A DNA stretch of 63,026 nucleotides, filler included, from Octopus bimaculoides (GCF_001194135.2; 7 parts of 6 records of this genome joined end to end with filler, not necessarily neighbours in it), one strand, 5' to 3'; positions 1 to 12,337 are shown, counted from the whole stretch's first letter. Numbers and translations are program-made. Notes: generated by a model not told the origin, from the letters alone.

Positions 1-99
1 TTCCGATCTATGGTGGGGCGAAATATGTACACTGATGGGTATGTAATCGTGAATTTTTGTGCATATATATATTCCGCCAATCCTGCTGAAACTGAACAG

Positions 100-740
100 T
101 TATTTCCTCTGTCCACAATAATAGCGATAACCAATTACGTTCCCTTAGATTAAGCTTTAATTTTTTAACTAAGGTAGGAATATATTTATCTAGAATATTT
201 TCACTAAGTACACCGATGTAAGAGCTAGAAGGACATAAGTCGTAAGGATGAGTTATTAAAACAAACTTTGTTTATGATCTTTTAAAAAAGCATCCCCCTA
301 GAAATATTAATAACAAGGTTATTGTATCTGAAGTCAGTTCCAACAGAATTAAGTTTGCGTCTAGTAATTCTCAGATTAAAAACCCTGTATACTAGTGTAA
401 AGTTACTTCAGTTACCGATGTCTTTTTTTTATATAGGTAGTTCTTCTTCCCAGTTATCTAAAAGAATTTCTAATCATTACTCTACATTTAGGGATAGTAA
501 TAAACATAACAGTACAGGGCTTAATAAATTAATTTGGTATCTAAAAGACTATAATAAACAATTTAATTTAGATTAGTTGATACTCTCCATTTCATTCCCA
601 TATGATAAAGGCAAAGAATTCTGCCAACTCTGTAATAGTGAACTATTTTCTATCCTATTTTCTAAGAATCCCCTTGTAAACACGGTTATAGAGCGTGCTT
701 ATCGATGTAAACTTTGGCAGAAACATACCTTTAGTTCATA
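100..740 (+). mobile_element. Penelope-like element remnant (RT-EN linker and GIY-YIG endonuclease C-terminus), disrupted
   Basis: Translation FFYIGSSSSQLSKRISNHYSTFRDSNKHNSTGLNKLIWYLKDYNKQFNLD*...CQLCNSE...NPLVN resembles PLE GIY-YIG C-termini (YIG..KxR..H..F...NST.L.K.IW.LK...C.LC..E). Contains stops; ends approximate. Confidence 0.7.
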
Positions 741-1394
741 AAAGGGATATCTACCATTATATAAAATTTGAACATTGATTTTCTTCTTACATTTCACTTC
801 TACTAGATATATCTTTTTCCAAGCCTTTAAGCTCTTATTTTAATTCACATATCGCTGTATATTTCTCCTTTATTAGTTTTCTGCTTATTTTTTCCTTTAC
901 CCTTTCTCTTTCTATAGGCTACCTTTGACGTTATATCTTCGAACGGTTTTTAAAAAAAACTTAATAGCGTTTCGCTCATCATTATACACATCCATCACAT
1001 TCTGCTAAAATATATTGATGAATTTGGTTTGTTTCTTTCTTTCCCTGATGAGAAGATTACATTGTTTTACACCATTTTATTCCTTTGGAATAATACCAAT
1101 GTTGTCTTCGAAACATATATCGGAAGTAAAAGAATTTGAATACCACCTGCGTTTAACTCCATTGATATANNNNNNNNNNNNNNNNNNNNNNNNNNNNNNN
1201 NNNNNNNNNNNNNNNNNNNNNNNNNNNNNNNNNNNNNNNNNNNNNNNNNNNNNNNNNNNNNNNNNNNNNNNNNNNNNNNNNNNNNNNNNNNNNNNNNNNN
1301 NNNNNNNNNTATATATATTGATCGAAATGGCAAGACAATAAAAGAATGAAAGAGACCTCGATATTATGTAAATAGAGGAATTTATCTGTAAATA

Positions 1395-1543
1395 TTTTTC
1401 TGATATATTTTGGTCGGAGTTCAAAGGAAAGAGCCATCCTCTTTCTAGGGCCGTCCTCGATACTCAGAAGTACTCATCCAGTGGGTCTAATATTTTCAAT
1501 AACGGGAATTCTGCTATATGCATCCAAGCATCGGGTGACTGTG
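1395..1543 (-). repeat. Copy 1 of a ~150-bp near-identical duplicated block (copy 2 at 3305-3452)
   Basis: TTTTTCTGATATATTTTGGTCGGAG...GCATCGGGTGACTGTG occurs at both positions with only a few substitutions. Confidence 0.9.
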
Positions 1544-1896
1544 ACAATTATTCGGTTGCCATGATAAAACTCCGAGTTTCGGATGTCGGGGCAGAAACCC
1601 ACGCCGGAATTTCATGTACGTGCGTGTGCGGCGCGCATGTGCATGTATGGACATGCGCGCTTACGCGATACTATTAACATCTTTACTCCCTTATCTTTAC
1701 TCTCTCCCTTTATTTAGTGGTCATTCCAATAGCTCTTTTGTATTAATAACGGTCAATCATACAGTAATTTCCCTTTGTTTTAACGGTCATTTTCATAGCA
1801 TTTTTTTCGATGGCCTGATAACTGATAACAGGCGTGGGTTTCCGCCCCGACATCTGAAACTCGGAGGTTTATCATGGCTACCGAATAATTGTCACA
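1540..1896. mobile_element. MITE-like element with ~67-bp terminal inverted repeats, TGTGAC...GTCACA ends
   Basis: 1540-1606 TGTGACAATTATTCGGTTGCCATGATAAAACTCCGAG... is the reverse complement of ~1830-1896 with few mismatches. No ORF and no clear TSD. Confidence 0.75.
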
Positions 1897-1939
1897 TATT
1901 ATATTTACAGATATATATATATATATATATGTATATATA

Positions 1940-2384
1940 TTAACAGAATGAGATAAAAATCCAAGGCTGTGAAAGATTTCAAAACATTTATAAAGAGAAA
2001 GTCTTACAGCTTTTTCCAGGATATTTTATATATCCCTTCATTGGAGACGGTTCGAGAAAATGGTTAAGCAATAGTTATTCTAGAGATGGTATGAAATAGA
2101 GAGTGAAGAGCAGGAATGAAAACAGACGTGAAATATGCAGGAATATTGTGTCTGCAGTTCCATTATTTAAGCAAAATGGTATACGTTTCCTGTACCTTGT
2201 GTGTAAGTTCCAATAGTATTTACAATTGGTCATTGCAAGCATAGAAGTTAATAACACGGTTTACCATTTTTTCGAACCGTCTCCGATGAAGTGATATATA
2301 ACACTTCCCGGAAACAGCTGTAAGACCTCTTTATAAATGTTCTGAAATCTTTCACAGCCTTGGATTTTTATCTCATTCTGTTAA
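1940..2384. mobile_element. Inverted-repeat element (~128-bp arms, ~190-bp spacer) flanked by (TA)n; each arm carries a hammerhead-like motif; probable Penelope pLTR derivative
   Basis: 1940-2067 is the reverse complement of 2258-2384 (TTAACAGAATGAGATAAAAATCCAAGGCTGTGAAAGATTTC...). Both outer ends abut TA microsatellite. Confidence 0.7.
2279..2326 (+). ncRNA. Minimal type I hammerhead-ribozyme-like motif (C4 core variant)
   Basis: GTCT-CCGATGA-A-GTGatatataaCACttcccg-GAAA-CAGCTG-TA-AGAC: stem I GTCT/AGAC, palindromic stem III, predicted cut after 2322. A decayed copy lies on the - strand at 2001-2048. Confidence 0.6.
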
Positions 2385-2534
2385 TTTTATATATATATAT
2401 GCATGCTAATATATGACCAACGTTGCACTCCTCATTCGCATAATCACCGAACCTGGAGCTTAACTAAGTCCATAGCACTTAGTCAGCATTACCTGACACC
2501 TTTGGGTCTTCTTGACACCATTACCTCTCATAAC

Positions 2535-2815
<281 letters not shown>

Positions 2816-3304
2816 GTAACAGATACGTTGCTTGCTAGTGTGTTTGATTGTAAATGTGTTTTAACGATAAGTAGAAAGAGATGTAATTTAAATTTAATGA
2901 ACATCCGTTAATTTGACAGCATAACTGGACATTTGCCAGAATATCTGAGATCGATTCACACCATGGTTTCATTAATTTCCTGTTTGTATATTTTCCTTTC
3001 ACATGTCCCATTTCGAAGTGAAATTATATTAGTGTTAATAGTTGTATACATACAGTTTTATACATCATCATATAGTGTGTGTTTAGTATTTTAGTATTTT
3101 ACTATCAAATTATTAAAATTAATGGATTTAGCGGTTGACCTTCTTAATCTATCATCATATCAAATATATCTGCAATAAGTGATAGACAACAGCTCATTTC
3201 ATTTGGCAACTCTGTAATTTGCGAGCTGAAAAGATAACCTCTAAGTGTCTTTCTGTCTGCTAGAAATAGCAATCAAATTCCTCTCAAATTACATCCAACA
3301 ATAT

Positions 3305-3452
3305 TTTTCTGATATATTTTGGTCGGAGTTCAAAGGAAAGAGCCATCCTCTTTCTAGGGCCGTCCTCGACACTCGGAAGTACTCATCCACTGGGTCTAAT
3401 ATTTTCAATAACGGGAATTCTGCTATATGCATCTAAGCATCGGGTGACTGTG
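3305..3452 (-). repeat. Copy 2 of the ~150-bp duplicated block
   Basis: Near-identical to 1395-1543. Confidence 0.9.
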
Positions 3453-3821
3453 TTAACCTGAGTAAAGGATTAAGTAACCCAAAACAAAACAAAGAAACAA
3501 GAACGCCCCTCGTGCGAATTTCTACACAGAATGTAGAATTATGTATGCAATATCCTCGAACAAGATGTAATTACCTTGATTTGGTTTGCTTGGCCAAAGA
3601 GGCCATCTATTGTGATACCAACTGCTGGCCTGTATAAGGTTCTAATGAAGTACCTTGCATTCTATTGAAACTAGGCTGCCATCAGGAAAATATGTATTGC
3701 GAGCATCAAACGTGACAATATCCTCTATAATTTCCTTGAACTGATATTATGTGTGGTCAGAGGGTAAAAATTCCATAGGTTTCAGTGTTGGATCAATATT
3801 AGATAATATAAAGTCTTAGAA

Positions 3822-4036
3822 AGACGGTGAGCTAGCAGAAACGTTAGCACGCCGGGCGAAATACTTAGCGGTATTCCGTCTGTCTTTATGTTTTGAATTC
3901 AAATTCCGACGAGGTCGACTTTGCCTTTCATCCTTTCGGGGTCGATAAATTAAGTACCAGTCACATACTGGGGTCGGTCTAATCGACTGGCCCTTCCCCC
4001 AACATTTCGGACCTTGTGCCTAGATTAGAAAAGAAT
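3822..4036 (+). mobile_element. tRNA-type SINE, family A (GGCGGCGAGCTGGCAGAA head)
   Basis: A-box/B-box-like head (GAGCTAGCAGAAACGTTAGC...GAATTCAAATTCC) and the core GACTTTGCCTTTCATCCTTTCGGGGTCGATAAATTAAGTACCAG, shared with at least five other copies in the window. Confidence 0.85.
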
Positions 4037-4718
4037 ATAAATTTCTAGATCTGTGACAAATACCCCGGTGTGGTCTACGCTACTAGTTTGTTTATAGTCT
4101 GGGTTCATCTTCTTTAGCTCATTGGCAGAAAATTGTCTTGATCCACCACTCCACCCCAAAACAGAACAAATAATAAAAAATTAATGACGTTTCAAATAAC
4201 CAAAATATTTCTTAAATTGCTTCTTAGATTGGATTGGTGAACGCCAATCCAACTAAGACCACCAACCCTCGTCTCTTACCAACATAGAAACCACTCGTTA
4301 GTTCCTCTCCAGCGTAATTCTCTTTACATCTCTGTTTCACATTCTATATTCTTTACACAAGCTTCACTCAGACAAATGTGTCTGCAGTTAACTAAATCCC
4401 ACAGCTGACGATGCGCATTGACATTGAAATGCATGTTTCTATGATCCGATGACGTCATTCATAGTCCAATGAATCTTAACGCATTTTTTCTATTAGGAGA
4501 ATTTTCTCCAAGATCTATTTCTGCAGAGAAATAACTTCCCACATAGATGTGTACAAGAATGTGTTGACTATGGCTGTACAATATTATATTTCATTAAACG
4601 CTGGTGCGAGCGGCTGTACCTTGGTATGCATATTTATACATAAAGATGTAGGTATATATTTCTATGCACACGTATACACACACGTATACACACATACACA
4701 TATATGAATATATATATA

Positions 4719-4818
4719 NNNNNNNNNNNNNNNNNNNNNNNNNNNNNNNNNNNNNNNNNNNNTTAATTAATTAANNNNNNNNNNNNNNNNNNNNNNNNNN
4801 NNNNNNNNNNNNNNNNNN
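4719..4818. other. Artificial assembly join (44 N + TTAATTAATTAA + 44 N)
   Basis: Identical 100-bp structure occurs six times; the 12-mer gives stops in all six frames. Confidence 0.95.
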
Positions 4819-5480
4819 AAAGATCCCTGGTATATTATTACTTCCAAGTAACCCATTGTTAGGTTTGCAATGACTGGAGCTGCCCTAGTGCCCATAGCAA
4901 TTCCGGATTTTTGTCGGTAGAAAGTGTTGTCAAACATGAAGTGGTTGTTTCGTAAGATGAATTCAACCGATTTAGTAATGAATTCTTTATTGATCCTGTG
5001 TGGGATTTCTTCCAGGAATTGGTCCAACCAGAACTGAATTGCCTCTAGTCCATAATTATGAGGTATTCTCGTGTATAAATTAATCACATCAAATGAAATC
5101 ATGATTGTTTCTTCCTTGACTTTCTTTGGGAGGTGATTTAACATATCCAATTCATCTCTGATATAGCTATTGATGTGTTTAAGGAAGGGTTTTAGGAAGA
5201 TGTCCATAAATAGACTTAGTCTGTGTGTTTCACAAGCTGGGCCAGCTATGATGGGTCGTAGTTTTAGGTCCCCCGGGTTTGGTGTATGTATGTACGTCTT
5301 TGATGAGTTTTTAATGGTTTCATTTATAATCTGGCTTTTGCGTATTTTTGGCACACCATAGAAGAGGCTAGGTTTGCATTTGAAGTTTGTTAGAAAATCA
5401 GTCTCCTTGGTTGTTAGTTCATTTCCATAGGTTTTAATTATGTACCCCTGTTGTACTTTTTCGCCCCAACTTTCTCTCAC
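4819..5480 (-). mobile_element. Penelope-like reverse transcriptase fragment (N-terminal to central RT motifs), cut by the join
   Basis: FYGVPKIRK...LRPIIAGPACET...SFDVINLYTRIPH...YRQKSGIAMGTRAAPVIANL are typical PLE RT motifs. Confidence 0.85.
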
Positions 5481-5504
5481 TCTTTTTTCCTGTTTCTTGA
5501 GTAA

Positions 5505-5612
5505 CGCTGCGATGGACTAGCGTCTCGTCCAGCCGGGGGTAACACATACGTCATAGAAACCGGGAAACCGGGCCCATGAGCCTGGCTAGGCTTTAAAAGG
5601 GCGCATAAAAAA
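5505..5612 (+). mobile_element. SINE 3' fragment with V-domain-like sequence
   Basis: CTGCGATGGACTAGCGTCTCGTCCAG...GAAACCGGGAAACCGGG resembles the CCTGCGATGGACTGGC..CCTGTCCAG motif of V-SINEs (from memory). Confidence 0.5.
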
Positions 5613-7629
5613 ATATATATTTATATCCCTGTAGTATTTATTATTAACATTCAAAATGGTTTGAAAAATATTTTGTTCTTAAAACCGGGACTCGTTGCCT
5701 TAGACTACATCATTCCGGTAACGCTTATTTCAGACTACTTCTCAAGTATCTTGCATCAGGGATAACTGAAAATAATATTGCAGGATGGATTAATATTAAT
5801 GATGTAGTTAATGTTCATCTTTATTATGACGTAGAAATCGTGCAGTTGAGAAAAAAAAAAGATGGTAGAGAAGAAATCAGTGGTGAAAATGGGTAAAATG
5901 TAGTAGAAAGAATGGTTGTTTATTGATAATTCCAGTTGACAAGTGAAGTTCTAAAAAGATCTTGAGCAACACAGTTTTATAATTGAACAAGAAATAATTA
6001 ACATTTACATGCTGCAGAATTAACTAATCAAAGAAAGAAATGGAAGGTGAGCGATAAATTTTATTCCTCAATAAATAAATGTTATTCTAACGTAAGCATT
6101 CAAGAGTGGAGGGAAGTTGTGAAAGACACTGCTACCAAAACAAAAAAAGAACAATTTTGAAACCTGGTTCCTTAAGGTGTTGATAAGACGGACTTGGAGT
6201 TTCATCAACATTCTATCCTACCCGAGTTCCAGGCCATGGATTGTTTGATACGCTTCCAGTGAGTCGTGTAAACCTCCGAAAGGAATATCGGAAGCTTTCT
6301 CTCCAAGTGACTGGAATGTGTACTATAAAGCATGCTAACGTTTGTATATTTTAAGGCAGCCGTTAGCCGTTAGTACGGCCTAACTTATGATGAACTATGT
6401 CTCATTCGGCCCACTTCTCAAAAAAGGTAGACCATGCCTATTTTAAGGTTTGTTCATGCTAAAGTATACAGAGTTTAAAAAAAAACATCGCAATAAGAGT
6501 AGCATATAGTACTGGCTTCACATTTCAAGAATCCGCATTAATGATATCCACCAAGTTACCAGTTCCAAATCAGTGTTTCCTTCAATTTAATGAACGATTG
6601 TGTTTAAGGCTGATAGGAGACTTGAAATAGTATTCGATCCAATACACTTCAAAAAATTAATTACAATAATAAAATTAAAAGGTTATGATGAATGACCAGC
6701 CTTACTTCACTTTTACCATAAGCTAATTAATAGACTTGCTCTCCTATTTCTTTATCTCAATTCTTTGAACTCGTCTTACACCTCGTTCTCGTTCTCAAGC
6801 AGTTGAGTGTCTTCCACTGAAGTCATAGTATTTCTGAGGCATGTATGTTGAAGATAAATAAGCTCGCTGTTTTTCACCGCTATAATAACAGTTCATAGTT
6901 ACAGAAATAAATCTCATTAACAGGTTGAAGAAAATGATGAAAGAGAAAGTATTTACTAAATTAGTTTATTTACGTACATTTAATATTTACAGTACATTTA
7001 GAAGTTAAAGAAAATTGTCGTAGAGAGTTACGACATAAAATTTATATTACTAATTCTTCCATACTAAGTTATTAGAGTTTTAGTGAGTGTCGTGGAGTCG
7101 AGTGACAACCAACGATCACTGATTAATTTCCCCAAAATCAGGGTTTTATAACTGTTCATACCTGAATTCTAAGAACCGTATTTCGTGAAAGATTTCTCTT
7201 TGAATAAAGTTTAGAATTCAAATATGGGCAGTAATTTTAACCAATGGGAAACTAACAATTATACCTATTCGGGCAACATGACCATTACGTCATATTACCG
7301 CCGATAAAAGTTTATTATTATGACTTGCGTCGCTACATAAGCTCTCAACCAGAAAACTTGTTAAAATTTTGCGAAAAAAAAGAATATTAATAATACAAAT
7401 ATATTTCAATACATAGTTGGAATTAATATTTTTAGCAAGTTAAATATACAGATTTACAAATGTATCCACATGTTAAACTTATGAAAATAACCGCGCATCA
7501 CGGTTTTACAATAACACAACGTTCTTGTAAAGTTTATCCCCATTGTTCAATCTAATTTCTCTGGAAAAAAAAAATTATAAATCTTTTTTAAAAAAAATTC
7601 CAGGAATATAAAAGTCCATGAGGAATATA

Positions 7630-8620
7630 TTCAAACAAACTGAGCAAGTCTTTTGGGAAAATGTACAATTCCACCACTTCTAGTTTTTGTTTTCGCTGGT
7701 AGGTGATTTTAAAATTGACTCGTGGATCTTTTCCTCAACCTTAAGTTCCCTGTTTTGTGAATTGTTCTGTTTCAAGTTATTTTGAAATGTGTTGCTCAAA
7801 TTTTTATTCTCATGACATGAAGACTGGTCGAAATAAACTGTTTTAACTCTGTCTAAACTGACAACTTCCTTTTTACCATGCATATCCAAGGTCATAGTTT
7901 TATGTTTAATTGACAAACCTTTAAAAGGTCCAGTGTATCTATAATTCAGTGAATGATGACTGGCATCATTAGGTACAAATACATGAGTCCAAGAATTAAT
8001 ATCGGAAGGAACGAAACTTTTAATATTTTGTAATTTATTTGTAAAAGAAGGAACACCAGAAAGAAATTTCTTGAGTCGGGTTACATAACTGTTAATATCT
8101 CCATTTATAGAATTGGTTTCTTCAAACATTTGACCAGGTAGAGTTAATGTTGTTCCGTACAGAAGTTCAGCAAGAAAATATCGTAAACTTTCTTTAACAG
8201 CACTCCTGATTCCTAACAATGTCACTGGTAAAGCTTCTAACCAACTTAATGAAGATTTCAACTGCCTCTGAAACCTTTCTATCATGCCGTTAGATTGTGG
8301 ATGATAGAAAGTTGTATGAACTCAATGAATTTCCAACAATTTGTTGAATTCTGCAAAAAGTGTAGACTCAAATTGTCTTCCACGATCTGTCGTCAATGTG
8401 TTGGGTGTGCCGAATTTGGACATCCAATTGCTAAATAAGGTTCTTGCTATAGTTACCACAGATATGTCTTTGATTGGATAAGCTTTTCGCCATCGCGGAA
8501 AACGATCCATGCATGTTAACAAATAACTATTACCTTCCACAGGAGGCAATGGTCCAACTATAGCAATATGAATGTGTTGGAATCTGGCATTAGGATTTGC
8601 AAAAGTACCCGTTATTCTTT
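7630..8620 (-). pseudogene. Ty3/Gypsy LTR-retrotransposon integrase (rve core + GPY/F C-terminus), frameshifted
   Basis: FQHIHIAIVGPLP...TDRGRQFES / MIERFQRQLK...WLEALPVTLLGIRSAVKE...YTGPFK...VSLDRVK / SGGIVHFPKRL. First catalytic Asp is replaced (HIAIVGP) and the reading frame is broken. Confidence 0.88.
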
Positions 8621-9060
8621 TCGAGGCTTCAGGGATTGAAGGAAGTAAGGAAGAATATATCTTTAAAATACAGACCTGGTTCAATACTTGCAACAGCGTA
8701 GTGGGAGCCACTGCTAAACCCACGAAAGATGGTGGTGTTGGTGATGTCAAAACAAAGTCGTGGATTGAATCCACCATCCAAGGAGTCCATGATGGTATTT
8801 GAACGCAAAGTGCCGGAACAAATACTGCAAAGCACTCCATCCAAGACACTAAAGATTCCACTAGTCCACTACCTTAGACTGGTATTTATTTATCGACCCC
8901 CACCAGAAAGATAAAAAGTAAAGATGTCCTCAGTGGAAACAGAACTCAGTATTCATTCCCTGAAATATTTATTATCGGCGAAATGCCACCGTCAGCTATT
9001 TCATCCAGAGCTCTATCACTTTCGCCAACTTTGCGAGAGTAGAAACATTGTGTCTGAGAA

Positions 9061-9292
9061 GACGACGAGCTGGCAGAAGCGTTAGCACGCCGGGTGAAGT
9101 GCTTAGCGGTATTTCGACTGCCGTTACGTTCTGAGTTCAAATTCCGCCCAGATCGACTTTGCCTTTCATCCTTTCGGGGCTCGATAAATTAAGTACCAGT
9201 TACGCACTGGGCTCGATGTAATTGTCTTAATCCCTTTGTCTGTCCTTGTTTGTCCCCTCTGTGTGTAGCCCCTTGTGGGCAATAAAGAAATA
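9061..9292 (+). mobile_element. Full-length family A SINE with perfect 20-bp target-site duplication
   Basis: AGAAACATTGTGTCTGAGAA at 9041-9060 and 9293-9312. Confidence 0.93.
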
Positions 9293-10899
9293 AGAAACAT
9301 TGTGTCTGAGAATAAACGGGTTCTGTTTTCACAACGAGTTTAAAAATATATTTTTNNNNNNNNNNNNNNNNNNNNNNNNNNNNNNNNNNNNNNNNNNNNN
9401 NNNNNNNNNNNNNNNNNNNNNNNNNNNNNNNNNNNNNNNNNNNNNNNNNNNNNNNNNNNNNNNNNNNNNNNNNNNNNNNNNNNNNNNNNNNNNNNNNNNN
9501 NNNNNNNNNNNNNNNNNNNNNNNNNNNNNNNNNNNNNNNNNNNNNNNNNNNNNNNNNNNNNNNNNNNNNNNNNNNNNNNNNNNNNNNNNNNNNNNNNNNN
9601 NNNNNNNNNNNNNNNNNNNNNNNNNNNNNNNNNNNNNNNNNNNNNNNNNNNNNNNNNNNNNNNNNNNNNNNNNNNNNNNNNNNNNNNNNNNNNNNNNNNN
9701 NNNNNNNNNNNNNNNNNNNNNNNNNNNNNNNNNNNNNNNNNNNNNNNNNNNNNNNNNNNNNNNNNNNNNNNNNNNNNNNNNNNNNNNNNNNNNNNNNNNN
9801 NNNNNNNNNNNNNNNNNNNNNNNNNNNNNNNNNNNNNNNNNNNNNNNNNNNNNNNNNNNNNNNNNNNNNNNNNNNNNNNNNNNNNNNNNNNNNNNNNNNN
9901 NNNNNNNNNNNNNNNNNNNNNNNNNNNNNNNNNNNNNNNNNNNNNNNNNNNNNNNNNNNNNNNNNNNNNNNNNNNNNNNNNNNNNNNNNNNNNNNNNNNN
10001 NNNNNNNNNNNNNNNNNNNNNNNNNNNNNNNNNNNNNNNNNNNNNNNNNNNNNNNNNNNNNNNNNNNNNNNNNNNNNNNNNNNNNNNNNNNNNNNNNNNN
10101 NNNNNNNNNNNNNNNNNNNNNNNNNNNNNNNNNNNNNNNNNNNNNNNNNNNNNNNNNNNNNNNNNNNNNNNNNNNNNNNNNNNNNNNNNNNNNNNNNNNN
10201 NNNNNNNNNNNNNNNNNNNNNNNNNNNNNNNNNNNNNNNNNNNNNNNNNNNNNNNNNNNNNNNNNNNNNNNNNNNNNNNNNNNNNNNNNNNNNNNNNNNN
10301 NNNNNNNNNNNNNNNNNNNNNNNNNNNNNCCCTTTCGGAGGTGTCTTCAGCTCTGGTGTTGGGTGCATGTCTTCTTTCTTCTTTTTCCTGGCCTCTTCGA
10401 TGCAGCATCAACGAGTGTCAGCGTCCGACTGACTGCTTGTCAAATTCCCCTTTTTATACCTACTGCTAGACTCCAGCAGGATGCCCCAGCAAGTTGTCAC
10501 GTGACACTGTCTAAATTTCCCACAAAAACTTGTCCTCTTGACAGTCACTAATCAATATTCATTGAACCAAACTTGACTTATGCTTAAAACTGTCTCTTAT
10601 GTTATGTCCATCAACCAGTAGTGTCACATATAGAACAGTACTTATTGCAGATATTTCTTGACACTTCTCTTGCCGTCACTCTTTTAAGTAATGTTGGCAC
10701 TCATTGTTCTTTCACGAATATTGTTTATATCTGGTAATGCGTTGGTGAGACCTAAAAATACTGAAGAATATTCGAAATTTCCACCATACTAAGAAACAGC
10801 GGAATCACCCTTAGCTCTATACTATTATTAATAAATTTCATTTCAAATTCTGGGGTTATCTTCCCTGTCTTTCTTGACCAGAATGAATCATTATAGTTC

Positions 10900-11245
10900 T
10901 TTTATTCCTTTTCTTTTACTTGTTTCAGTCAGTTGCCTGCGGCCATGCTGGAACATCACCTTTAGTCGAACAAATCGACCCCAAGACGTATTCTTTGTAA
11001 ACCTAGTACTTACTCTTTCCTACTCTTTTGCTGAACCGCTATTTTTTGCGGGGACATAAACACACCAATATCAGTTGTCAAGCGATGGTCGACGGGCTTC
11101 TTTCAGTTTCCATCAACCAAATCTACTCACAAGGCTTTGATCGGCCCGAAGCTATATTATAAGACACTTGCCCAAGGTGTCACACTGTGGGACTGAACCC
11201 GGAACCATGTGGCTGGAAAGCAAGCTTCTTACCACACAGCCATGC
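10900..11245 (-). mobile_element. tRNA-type SINE, family B (GGCTGTGTGGTAAG head, CTTGGGCAAGTGTCTT core)
   Basis: Collinear with the copies at 23635-24018 and 28447-28841. Confidence 0.85.
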
Positions 11246-11329
11246 CATGATTTTCTTTATCATCCTCGCCTCGAGTGTAGTTTTAATTTAATAAAATGCC
11301 TTGATTTAGTATATCAGGAAAATAAGCGG

Positions 11330-12110
11330 TAGAAGAGCAGATGATAGCGAAAATGATCATATCCATAGTATTCTTCCCATTTATTATTTATTCACTATAT
11401 TTAACTAGGTGGGCTTCAGAAAGATATTAGTAGAGCATTCAACGGATTTACTTTAAGGATGACAATGACTAACAACATAAATTCTTAGGTATTACATTGG
11501 AGTTAAGCATATGTGAATATCGCGCTTATAAGAATCCAAATGAGAAGGTGGCTTTTATTGATAAATTTCTGAGTCCAACTCCTATAAATATTATCAACTA
11601 TCGTATCTCTAACATCTCATCAGATGAAAATCCCTTTCTTTTTCTTTTTATCATGCAATGTCCTGTTATATGCACTTTGAAAGAGGGCCAATTTCATTAA
11701 AAATAATACAATAAATACCACTTAGCAACATCTTCCACCCACTTTTTAAAAAGCCACACAAGCGCAATATTATCTTGTTTTAATTTGCCTTTTAGTCTAA
11801 GTTTAGCGTCCAATACTGTTTAATACAAAATCTCTTGCGCTAGCAATATCAAGAATTTAATTTCTGGTATAACCAAAAAGAAAGAGTCGAGATTATACAA
11901 CAGTATTCCATGAGATAAACAACTCTAGTATAAATGCCCTTTTGACAGTAATTGCTTCAACAAGGATCTGGTATACTGTATCAAAAAGAAGGTTACTCAC
12001 TAAAGCAAAAACCTAGATGAGTAAATATACACAGTATAGATATTGTTTTAGACACCCAGAGAGAAAAAGCGCCACCTCAATTTGCATTTTATATTCTTTG
12101 TATCCAGTAA
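11330..12110 (+). mobile_element. Degenerate Penelope-like element (RT thumb, linker, start of GIY-YIG)
   Basis: FLGITLELSICEYRAYKNPNE...RISNISSDE; KISCASNIKNLISGITKK; KCPFDSNCFNKDLVY; FRHPERKSAT match PLE motifs. Many stops and frameshifts. Confidence 0.7.
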
Positions 12111-12303
12111 TGTTTAAAACAATGGTATGTAGTGTTCTTTATTATTAGAGAGAGAGGGGGGGAAAGCTATAAGTAAAGCTTTGTAGTAAAAGTAGCTGGA
12201 AATAGGTTAACATGATATAGTTTTGTAAACTTTTCTTTTTTTTGTAGGCAAGATAATACGTTTTCACATTCAGTTCAATTCTCTTCATCAAACACACCTT
12301 TGT

Positions 12304-12337
<34 letters not shown>

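Noticed and set aside
3822-3910. SINE heads as genuine tRNA genes
   Set aside because: A/B-box-like sequence continues into the shared SINE core and tail, and there is no complete cloverleaf.
4763-4774. TTAATTAATTAA as a biological motif or CRISPR-like repeat
   Set aside because: Always centred in a 100-bp N block, so it is an assembly spacer. No CRISPR array or cas gene is present.
7016-7337. 3' LTR of the Gypsy element starting TGTAGCGAC on the - strand
   Set aside because: No polypurine tract in front of it and no second copy to confirm the boundaries.
9300-10469. Long ORFs spanning N runs (also 1015-1437, 42825-43181, 46094-46870, 50205-50842)
   Set aside because: Their length comes from undetermined bases.
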